From contig NZ_CP022339.1 of the NCBI RefSeq assembly GCF_003351905.1, positions 90,001 through 122,000 on the forward strand: 32,000 bases of DNA, read 5' to 3'. This DNA comes from Candidatus Saccharimonadota bacterium. Its GTDB lineage: Bacteria > Bacteroidota > Bacteroidia > Cytophagales > Amoebophilaceae. Positions 1 through 8,098 of this stretch are shown one piece after another; position 1 is the first letter of the stretch, and each line of letters starts with the position of its first letter. A model generated the notes under the pieces. The model was not told the origin of the DNA. It searched no databases and was given only the letters and a program-made list of their open reading frames with translations. A program made the position numbers and the translations under genes.

Positions 1-2960
1 AGTTATTTGGAGCAGATTACTATATAGAATTACAACGGCATGGTATCCAAGAACAAGAAGTTTGTAATGCCGTATTGCTGCGCTGGGCAGAAAAGTATAA
101 TGTACCAGTCATTGCTACCAATGATGTCCATTACACTACGCAACAAGATAGCCTTGCGCAGGATGTATTGCTCTGTTTACAAACTGGCAAAGATTACAAC
201 GATCCCAATCGGATGCGTTTTAGCAACGATCAATTCTTTTTAAAGTCACCAGAAGAGATGGCGCTGCTTTTTGCAGACGTACCCGCGGCTATTACCAATA
301 CACTTGCCTTGGTAGAAAAAATAGAAACGCCCTCTTTGACGCGCGATGTGCTGCTGCCTATTTTTCAACTGCCTAGCGGCTTTTCAGATGCCAATCGCTA
401 TCTAAGCCATTTGGCTTTTTCCGGTGCCCGTGTTAAGTATGGAGCCATTTCTATGGAAGTAGAAAGCAGACTGAATTATGAATTGGCCATTATTGCTCAA
501 ACCGGTTTTGCAGGCTACTTTTTAATTGTACAAGACTTTATTGAAGCAGCGGTACAATTAGGGGTTATCGTAGGTCCAGGAAGAGGGTCTGTAGCAGGTT
601 CCCTAGTGGCTTTTTGTATAGGGATTACTAAAATAGATCCCCTGCGTTATAATTTACTTTTTGAACGCTTTCTGAATCCAGAGCGGGTTTCTATGCCCGA
701 TATAGATGTAGACTTTGATGATGAAGGTCGTAGAAAGGTAATCGATTATGTAGTTCAAAAATATGGTCGCAACCAAGTTGCCTCTATTATTACTTTTGGT
801 AGCATGGCGGCTAAGTCGGCTATACGTGATGTAGCACGTGTCTTGGGTCTCCCTTTGGCACGCGCCAACTATTTAACCAAGTTGATACCAGATAGGTTAG
901 GCATTACTTTATCAGAAGCCTTTGAAGAGGTAGGGGAACTCGCTGAGCTTAAAAAAGCCATTGCCACGCCAGAAGGTAAAGTACTTGATTTAGCTGAAAC
1001 CCTGGAAGGCTTGGTGCGTCATACCGGTATCCATGCCGCAGGCATCATCATTGCACCTAATGATATTATAGATTATATCCCAATAAAAACAGATAAAAAC
1101 GCTGACTTATTGGTAACCCAATATGATGGGTCGGTATTGGAAAAGGTGGGTATGCTGAAAATGGATTTCTTAGGACTCAAGACGCTAAGTATTATTAAAG
1201 ATGCCCTGCTATTGATCCAACAAAATAGAGCCATTACCATAGATATAGATCTGATTCCATTAGATGATCCACTTACTTTTCAATTGTACCAGTCCGGTAG
1301 TACCAAAGGCACCTTTCAATTTGAATCAGAAGGCATGCGCCAATGGTTGATGAAACTGCAACCTACTACGATGGAGGAGCTTATTGCTATGAATGCACTC
1401 TATAGGCCCGGTCCTATGCAGTTTATTCCCAATTTTATTGCGCGTAAGCATGGCAAAGAAGCCATTGAATATCCACATCCACTTTTGGAAACCATTTTAA
1501 AGCCCACTTATGGCATTATGATTTACCAAGAGCAAATCATCCAAACGGCGCAAGCCATGGCAGGTTATACGCTAGCTGGTGCCGATTTATTGCGTAAGGC
1601 TATGGGTAAAAAAAATGCGACAGAAATGGCAAGGCAACGCGATGTCTTTGTAACAGGAGCAGCAAAAAAACATCAGATTCCTAAAGAAAAAGCATTGGCT
1701 ATTTTTGAGATTATGGAAAAATTTGCGCAATATGGCTTTAATCGTTCACATGCAGCGGCTTATTCGCTTATTGCCTACCAGACCGCTTATTTAAAGGCCC
1801 ATTACCCTACCGAATATATGGCTGCGGTATTGACGCATAACCAGGGTGATATGGATAAAATTACTTTCTTTATGGAAGAGAGCCGCCAGCAAGGGCTCTC
1901 TGTATTAGGCCCTGATATCAATGCAAGTCAAGTAAATTTTAGTGCTGGTCTCCATAAAGAAATACGATTTGGATTGGGGGCGATTAAAGGAGCGGGCGAA
2001 GCAGCGGTCACCGCTATTATAGCAGCAAGAGCGCAAAAAGGCGCTTTTAAAGATATTTTTGATTTTGTAGAAGCGGTCCAACTCAAAACGGTCAACAAGA
2101 AAACCATGGAAGCCCTTGCCTTATCTGGTGCGTTTGATACCTTTAAGGGCTTGCATAGAAGGCAGTATGTCTATGAGGCATCTGGTAGCAGTTTTATAGA
2201 AAAAGTCATACAATACCGCAACCGCATTCAAAAAGAGCGCACCGAAGCGCTTCAATCACTCTTTGCAGCGAGTGCGTATAGTCAAATTAAAAGGCCAGAA
2301 CCAGTTGATTGTCCACCTTATGAGCCATTGGAACAATTGCGTATAGAGAAAGAACTGGTTGGTTTTTATATTTCTGGTCATCCATTAGATCCATTTAAAG
2401 TGGATATAGCTAGTTTCTGCAATGCCACCACACAAAATATATTGGGTACTAGTCGAAAAGCAGTAACCATAGCGGGTATGCTTACCGCTGCTACCATTAA
2501 GCAAAATGGTAAAGGCAATGCCTATGCTTTACTTACATTAGATGATTATTGTGGCTCGCTTAACTTTGCTCTTTTTGGAGAAGACTACTTAAAGTACAAA
2601 CATCTATTAGCAGTCGGCACCCTACTCTTTTTGACAGGTAGTGTAGCCCCACGCTATGGAAGCCAAGCCATGCAAACCTTTAAGCCACAAACCATGCACC
2701 TATTGGAAGAGATGCGGGAGCGCATGGCCAAAGGTGTCCATTTAACGCTGGAACAACACCATATCAATCCGCTATTGGTACATGAGTTGGAAGCTGGTAT
2801 CAAACGTTATCCAGGTAAATATTTGATAAAGATATCCATTGTAGATCACGACGCGCAAATCACCATTCCCACCCTTTCTACCCAATATCGTGTGGCACTT
2901 ACAAATGAGCTATTGGATTGGCTCAACCAGTTGTCTATCGATTTTCATCTGTTTATGTAA
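1..2960 (+). CDS. dnaE: DNA polymerase III alpha subunit (DnaE), 5'-partial; the reading frame is open from the window edge
   Basis: The frame containing nt 3 reads LFGADYYIELQRHGIQEQE..VIATNDVHY upstream of the listed Met. Pol IIIa motifs are present: PGRGSVAGSLVAFCIGIT, MPDIDVDF (catalytic Asp pair), FNRSHAAAYS and a C-terminal OB-fold region. Stop codon ends at 2960. Confidence 0.95.
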   Translation, partial: LFGADYYIELQRHGIQEQEVCNAVLLRWAEKYNVPVIATNDVHYTTQQDSLAQDVLLCLQTGKDYNDPNRMRFSNDQFFLKSPEEMALLFADVPAAITNTLALVEKIETPSLTRDVLLPIFQLPSGFSDANRYLSHLAFSGARVKYGAISMEVESRLNYELAIIAQTGFAGYFLIVQDFIEAAVQLGVIVGPGRGSVAGSLVAFCIGITKIDPLRYNLLFERFLNPERVSMPDIDVDFDDEGRRKVIDYVVQKYGRNQVASIITFGSMAAKSAIRDVARVLGLPLARANYLTKLIPDRLGITLSEAFEEVGELAELKKAIATPEGKVLDLAETLEGLVRHTGIHAAGIIIAPNDIIDYIPIKTDKNADLLVTQYDGSVLEKVGMLKMDFLGLKTLSIIKDALLLIQQNRAITIDIDLIPLDDPLTFQLYQSGSTKGTFQFESEGMRQWLMKLQPTTMEELIAMNALYRPGPMQFIPNFIARKHGKEAIEYPHPLLETILKPTYGIMIYQEQIIQTAQAMAGYTLAGADLLRKAMGKKNATEMARQRDVFVTGAAKKHQIPKEKALAIFEIMEKFAQYGFNRSHAAAYSLIAYQTAYLKAHYPTEYMAAVLTHNQGDMDKITFFMEESRQQGLSVLGPDINASQVNFSAGLHKEIRFGLGAIKGAGEAAVTAIIAARAQKGAFKDIFDFVEAVQLKTVNKKTMEALALSGAFDTFKGLHRRQYVYEASGSSFIEKVIQYRNRIQKERTEALQSLFAASAYSQIKRPEPVDCPPYEPLEQLRIEKELVGFYISGHPLDPFKVDIASFCNATTQNILGTSRKAVTIAGMLTAATIKQNGKGNAYALLTLDDYCGSLNFALFGEDYLKYKHLLAVGTLLFLTGSVAPRYGSQAMQTFKPQTMHLLEEMRERMAKGVHLTLEQHHINPLLVHELEAGIKRYPGKYLIKISIVDHDAQITIPTLSTQYRVALTNELLDWLNQLSIDFHLFM

Positions 2961-3242
2961 GCATATACATAATATGTATGGATCTTACGGTGGTTGGTAT
3001 TGTATGTTTGATCTATAAAGCTTAAATTAACATAGAAATAGAATAAACTGGTTTTTTTCTATTTCATTCGGTTTGCACTACTATTCAAGTAGGGGAGCCA
3101 GATAAAAGTATAGATATGGGTGCGGGGAATCATAGAACTTTTGTCTTGGCTTTATTAGGCAGCAGATGGTACAAAACGATTTTTTTGCATCTCAATACTC
3201 CTTCTAAATCTATGCAATGGGCCGTTAAATACAAATATTGAT

Positions 3243-3728
3243 ATGCATACGAATACCGCTAAAGATTTTTCTTTTACCTTATTAGATGGCACTTTATTTA
3301 AGTTTTCTAATCAAGATGTTTTGGTAGTCAATACGGCTTCACAGTGTGGATTTGCCCGTCAGTTTAATGCATTACAGGAACTACATGATCGTTATCATGC
3401 CCAAGGCTTTACCGTGCTTGGGGTATCCTCCCAAAGCTTTCGTAAGCAAGAATTTGATCAGCCTTGTGAGATAGCTGCTGCTATAAAAAATAAATGTAAT
3501 AGGGTTACTTTTCCTATTACGCAGCTAGCAGCTGTTCGTGGAAAATCCATTCATCCATTTTATGCATGGGCTGCTACCCAAGTCTCTTTATTGGGGCGCC
3601 CAAAGTGGAACTTCCATAAGTATTTGATAGGTAAAGATGGCAGGTGCATCACATGGTTTTCTTCCGTAACTGATCCTTTAGCTCCAAACGTCATAGACGC
3701 AGTAGAAGCGGCACTAGCCAACCAGTAG
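3243..3728 (+). CDS. Glutathione peroxidase family protein (Cys-type)
   Basis: 161 aa. VNTASQCGF carries the peroxidatic Cys in the GPx context. SSQSFRKQE matches the NQFG.QEP region. WNFHKYLIGKDG matches the WNF.KFL signature. Confidence 0.85.
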   Translation: MHTNTAKDFSFTLLDGTLFKFSNQDVLVVNTASQCGFARQFNALQELHDRYHAQGFTVLGVSSQSFRKQEFDQPCEIAAAIKNKCNRVTFPITQLAAVRGKSIHPFYAWAATQVSLLGRPKWNFHKYLIGKDGRCITWFSSVTDPLAPNVIDAVEAALANQ

Positions 3729-3812
3729 TGCTGCGCTCAATAGCCTCAATTTAAGAACGATATATTATTGATTATTCAATCAAATAGCATTTTTTATCGT
3801 ATCTGTTCAAAC

Positions 3813-3960
3813 CACTGTTTTTTACATTAAAAAAACAACGCCCTTGTAAGATGGCACTTTCAGTGGATTTTTACCGAGGGGTTGATTTTTTGTCCACTTT
3901 TTTATCAAGAAAAAAGTGGGATATAACTCATTATTAACCAGTATCGTGAACGACAGATAC
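3813..3960. repeat. Dispersed intergenic repeat, copy A (short form), with internal palindrome ccactttttt-atcaag-aaaaaagtgg
   Basis: Near-identical to 18652-18764 over about 110 bp (actttcag.g..tttttaccgagggg.ttgattttttgtccacttttttatcaagaaaaaagtgg....tcattattaaccagtatcgtgaacg..acagatac). The upstream part (cactgtttttt..aaaaaacaacgcccttgtaa) also matches 18517-18556. Confidence 0.8.
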
Positions 3961-4051
3961 TAAACAAGTATAAGAATTTGGAATTTTAAATAAAAAAATA
4001 TACGATTTAAGAACAGCGTTTATGTTGTTTTGAATCCGTAAAATCGAATAT

Positions 4052-6145
4052 ATGACCTATGATGATGCTTCTAAAATCTACGTAAGCAATCGTAAGGACA
4101 CTATTGTTTGTTCCAGTTGTATCGCTTCTTTGGTTCAAAAGTTGTTCTCTACAATTTTTTTCATTGTACTATGTCGCAGTTGTCTGTTATACATTGTAGG
4201 CTTCAGCTGTAACTGCAACAATAGTGATGCAACCTCTGCGGCTGATATTACTCCATCACGACATCATGTGACCCAACCCCACTGTTTAGGCACTGTAACT
4301 ACGTTGGGCACAAATGACCCAATTGGCTATATTATAGAAGAGCGTCGCCTACTTGATCCAAAAAGTAAATGGAAGCAAGACCAACTAAAAAGCACCCCAA
4401 AAGTAATATTCCATCTGCATGATCAGGAATCCATCGCGCTCCCTGATGGTGCAGTGCCCAATTGGCAAGCGTATGGGATAGCGCCCTTTATGTTTTGTCA
4501 GATCAAAAGTTTAGGCGATAAACATATTGTTGCTTTGGATTTGAATGGCGCTAAATTTCAAAATGGTGAACAATTGGGTTTTATATTCGTGAAAAATAAC
4601 CGAACGCTAGTTGATGTGATGCAGCATTTGATAGGGTGTCCTGATCAATCCTATGCCTGTAGGCAGATCAAAGATGGTTTGATCCTCCCTGGCGTTGTCA
4701 GCGGATATCTATTGCAATCTGAATCTATTTTAAATAGATCTATAGATTTAAATAGTTATTCGAATGGCTATTGCTATATTAAAAAAGGTGATCATTACTG
4801 TTTTATTCCCTTAAAAAATAGCGTTCCTGAAGTTAAACTAGTACAGCCAGTAGCTGGTTCATCGTATAACAGCATACTCCCAACAAACATACAACCATCA
4901 TTATTAGAAAATAGGATAGATGCACCGCCTGTACGTCCTTTATTTTTAAAAAATGACGCGCCATCGGCTGCCTTATCTATGGTTCATGAGGAAGCTGTTA
5001 CAGATAGGTCTATGCAAACGAATGATATAGAATCCGCTCCGCTCAACCTATTAGGAGGTGTAGGTGGCGGTCTGTATAGTGATAAGGCAGCGCACAATAA
5101 TGGTTTATCCGAAGCCATGCGCGCAGAAAAAATCATCCAGATGAAGCAAAAAGCCTTGAATAAGATAGTAAAAAAGATAGCAACCTATACCATCATCCAC
5201 GAGCAAGTTATAAAAACCATACAAAAAATAAATTTAGACAAGGTCGTATTAAATGATATAGTGCAAAACCACTTTAAACCAAATGTTGGCAGCACGTTAC
5301 AATTGGTGTTCAATCCGGTATTGCAAGCGATAAGCCAATTGCAAGCTGCATTGATATTAGAAAAAAGTTGCCAACTCGGTATAGAATATAGTAGGCCCAC
5401 CTATCTTAGCGATCAATGCAGTGCACTAATAAAACAATTAAGAAATTTAGAAGTAGCTATATGTGAGGAATATTTCGAAATCTTATCTACAGAAATCTTA
5501 CTGCATCAGGTAATAGAATTTTTCGAAAGTATGTATGATTTACTCCTTTACATCAGACGCTTATACATTCTGAATCCAACAGATCGCATGCGGCAATGTG
5601 TCAAACAATTGTACATTGAAGATGATAGGCAATCCAAAACGGCGCAAGTCATCATAGAACAGCTAGAAAAACTAGAAGATGAGCAACTCAGTATGGTCCG
5701 AGAGGTAAGAAAAATAGCCTCAAAAAGAGCAGGAACACTAGTAGCGATACAAGATGCCGTCACCTTAGTACGTAATCCATTGGAAAATGCAATACATACC
5801 ATACGCGCATTAGATTTAAGAATCAAGCTGAGGCTAAACTTAAACGTTATAGTAGGGAAGGTGAAAAACCTTAAGCGCCTCAAAGAGATTATAGCAGATT
5901 TAGACTTAGCCAAGGAGTATATATGCGCCATACGAGTGCGTGTACATGATCCCACTTTAAAGATACTAAAAGCAGCCATAGCAAAACAGATACAAACAGC
6001 CACAAATGAGGCATTAAAGCTAGCAAATAAACTTGAAACAAATTTGCGATCAAAAACAAATAGTATGGTCGATCAGGAAAAAGTACTTAAAACACTATTG
6101 CCAACAATAGATGCCTGTGATGATGCTGGGTATGAAGCAGCATAA
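4052..6145 (+). CDS. Hypothetical protein, probable lipoprotein with a long C-terminal helical/coiled-coil half
   Basis: 697-aa ORF. The N-terminus has a hydrophobic stretch ending in a lipobox-like IVGFSC. The C-terminal roughly 350 aa are rich in heptad-like L/I/K/E/Q. No recognisable catalytic motif. Antisense ORFs inside it are shadows. Confidence 0.6.
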   Translation: MTYDDASKIYVSNRKDTIVCSSCIASLVQKLFSTIFFIVLCRSCLLYIVGFSCNCNNSDATSAADITPSRHHVTQPHCLGTVTTLGTNDPIGYIIEERRLLDPKSKWKQDQLKSTPKVIFHLHDQESIALPDGAVPNWQAYGIAPFMFCQIKSLGDKHIVALDLNGAKFQNGEQLGFIFVKNNRTLVDVMQHLIGCPDQSYACRQIKDGLILPGVVSGYLLQSESILNRSIDLNSYSNGYCYIKKGDHYCFIPLKNSVPEVKLVQPVAGSSYNSILPTNIQPSLLENRIDAPPVRPLFLKNDAPSAALSMVHEEAVTDRSMQTNDIESAPLNLLGGVGGGLYSDKAAHNNGLSEAMRAEKIIQMKQKALNKIVKKIATYTIIHEQVIKTIQKINLDKVVLNDIVQNHFKPNVGSTLQLVFNPVLQAISQLQAALILEKSCQLGIEYSRPTYLSDQCSALIKQLRNLEVAICEEYFEILSTEILLHQVIEFFESMYDLLLYIRRLYILNPTDRMRQCVKQLYIEDDRQSKTAQVIIEQLEKLEDEQLSMVREVRKIASKRAGTLVAIQDAVTLVRNPLENAIHTIRALDLRIKLRLNLNVIVGKVKNLKRLKEIIADLDLAKEYICAIRVRVHDPTLKILKAAIAKQIQTATNEALKLANKLETNLRSKTNSMVDQEKVLKTLLPTIDACDDAGYEAA

Positions 6146-6153
6146 AACCCGTT

Positions 6154-6188
6154 GGGCCAGTTTGGTATAAGTATGGCCTATTTTTTTC
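6154..6188 (+). terminator. Candidate intrinsic terminator after the 697-aa ORF
   Basis: Stem gggcca (6154-6159) pairs with tggcct (6174-6179), including one G-U pair. The loop is 14 nt, followed by tattttttt. Starts 9 nt after the stop codon. The large loop makes it weak. Confidence 0.35.
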
Positions 6189-6475
6189 GTAGTCTAGCCA
6201 GTTCGTATGAACCGGTAAGTGCTCATAAAGTTTTTGATTTTATTGTAAAAAATGTTTACAATTGTAGTTTGAATAACCCTGAGGAATAGATATAAGGTTC
6301 ATTTAACAAGATAGGTGTAAAAGGTTCTTCTTAAAAAGAAGCACACTTTGGTCAGTCATTATTTAGATGAATTTCTAAAAATTAAATTTAATTATCAGCA
6401 TAAAAAACTATATTCTATATAGTACCATATGCATAAGGTATCGGTTGGGATTGTTGAATTTAAGTAGTTGTATCT

Positions 6476-7873
6476 ATGGGTGTTTTAAATCTACCTCTGT
6501 TGATGGTAGCGACTTTTTTGTTATTAACCTTGGGTATAGGGCTATGTTTTACGAAGATCTCTACTTCATTTCGGGAATATGCTTTAGGGGATCAAACGTG
6601 GCATACGGCACCTTTGATGGGTACATTATTGACGCTTATCTATGGAGGAGGGAGGTTAATGGTTGGCGTAGAGCAGGTACATAATTTTGGACTTGCTTGG
6701 GTCTTTTTTATACTTTTTACTAGTTTTTTGCCACATTGGGTAATCAGCTGGTTGGCATTACGTATGACACCATTTATGCGTAACCTCTCTATGTCAGAGA
6801 GTATAGGCCGTGTGTATGGTACCTATCCGAGAATAATTACTGGGTTAGCTAATATTTGTTTTGCCATTGCTACCATTGCTATTCAAATCAATGTAATGTC
6901 TCGGTCCATCAGTATGTGTATAGATGTCGAGCATTCGCGTATGATCACCAGTTTGGTTATCTTGGTTTTGTTTATCTATTCCCGTATTGGCGGCATGCGT
7001 ATTATTACTTTTATAGATATCGCACAAACCTTTGTCTTTTTTCTGATTATTCCCTTTCTTGCTTTCTCGATATTTGAGGCAACGGGTAGACCTGACGTGC
7101 TCTCTTTTTTGCGCACGCAAGAAAGTTTTCAGTTTCATACGTTGTTTCAATTTGAACCCAACCAATTGGCCATTTTTACCCTCTTCCTCTCTAGTCTGGT
7201 GTCCAGTATCAATCCTCCGATTATACAGAGAATTTATATGTCTGCCGATTGCTTTCAAGCCGGTATGGTTTTCTTTTTCACCGGTTGTTTGAGTCTGTTT
7301 ATCGCTTTATTTATCATATTGCTGGGTCTATATACTTTTGTCGCTGCACCGCATCTATCAGTGGCAGAGGTTTGGCACTATATCATAGCTCATATTTCAC
7401 CTGTTTGTAAAGGTTTTGTGGTTATAGGCTTGCTGGCTATGGCTATGTCTACAGCTGATACTTACTTAAATAGTTGTGCTGTTATGTTTAGTAATGATAT
7501 AGCAAGCAGTATGATGGCTAAAAAGTCATTTCCCTACCCTATTCAGCTTAGGTTAGCTAAGGTAATTGCACTTTTTATAGGCATTATTACGGTGCTATTC
7601 AGTTTGTATTGTAGTGATCTATTTGCCTTATTGAAGTTTCGTTTTGATTGTTTTATTCCTATCGTAATTGCTCCTTTTATCTTAGCTGTTTTGGGGTTTA
7701 GGGGTGGTTCATCTACTGCTTTGATGGGCATGGCTGCAGGCACCGTGACCATTTTGGCTTGGAATAGGTGGGTTGAGCCAGCTACAGCTATGAATGGTTC
7801 TTTTATAGCTATGGTAGTTAATGGGCTTGTTATGAGGGTTGTACATTATGTGTCTCTTAAACTAAAAACATAA
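6476..7873 (+). CDS. Sodium:solute symporter (SSS) family transporter, paralog 1 (transporter only)
   Basis: 465 aa with about 12-13 hydrophobic segments. Shares FREYALG, YSRIGGMRIITFIDIAQ (compare Y.t.GG.RA...D..Q of PutP/PanF) and AMAMSTADTYLNSCAVMFSNDI. Collinear similarity to the N-terminal 465 aa of the next gene. Confidence 0.8.
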   Translation: MGVLNLPLLMVATFLLLTLGIGLCFTKISTSFREYALGDQTWHTAPLMGTLLTLIYGGGRLMVGVEQVHNFGLAWVFFILFTSFLPHWVISWLALRMTPFMRNLSMSESIGRVYGTYPRIITGLANICFAIATIAIQINVMSRSISMCIDVEHSRMITSLVILVLFIYSRIGGMRIITFIDIAQTFVFFLIIPFLAFSIFEATGRPDVLSFLRTQESFQFHTLFQFEPNQLAIFTLFLSSLVSSINPPIIQRIYMSADCFQAGMVFFFTGCLSLFIALFIILLGLYTFVAAPHLSVAEVWHYIIAHISPVCKGFVVIGLLAMAMSTADTYLNSCAVMFSNDIASSMMAKKSFPYPIQLRLAKVIALFIGIITVLFSLYCSDLFALLKFRFDCFIPIVIAPFILAVLGFRGGSSTALMGMAAGTVTILAWNRWVEPATAMNGSFIAMVVNGLVMRVVHYVSLKLKT

Positions 7874-8098
7874 ATCGTGGAAGTCCAGTTTGGTAGGTTG
7901 CGTAGGTTGGTTGCTGAGTTGCCTTCTTTGAGGAGGTACGTATAGTAATTTTTTATATCATGGTTTGCGTGTATGTGATTTTGGGTCTAGGAAAAAGTAG
8001 CGTATAAAGCTCTATGTTTGATTTTTAACTAGAAATACGTACCATTAAATGTAGCAACCGCTATCATTTATATTATAATCTTTTTAATTGTTTGCTTT

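Noticed and set aside
40-243. 67-aa plus-strand ORF at the window start
   Set aside because: It is an alternative frame within dnaE, whose own frame is open from the window edge and carries clear Pol III alpha motifs.
3030-3075. AT-rich hairpin gaaatagaa-N13-ttctatttc after dnaE as a terminator
   Set aside because: The stem is entirely A/T-rich, the loop is large, and it starts about 70 nt past the stop codon. This is too weak to call in an AT-rich genome.
5185-6003. Minus-strand ORFs 5185-5400 and 5548-6003 inside the 697-aa gene
   Set aside because: They are fully nested antisense to a much longer ORF. Their composition is Cys/Ser/Phe-rich, typical of shadow frames.
6445-7752. Short ORFs overlapping SSS paralog 1 (6445-6684, 6845-7258, 6856-7077, 7059-7292, 7543-7752)
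   Set aside because: They are alternative-frame or antisense shadows of a transporter gene whose own frame shows family motifs.
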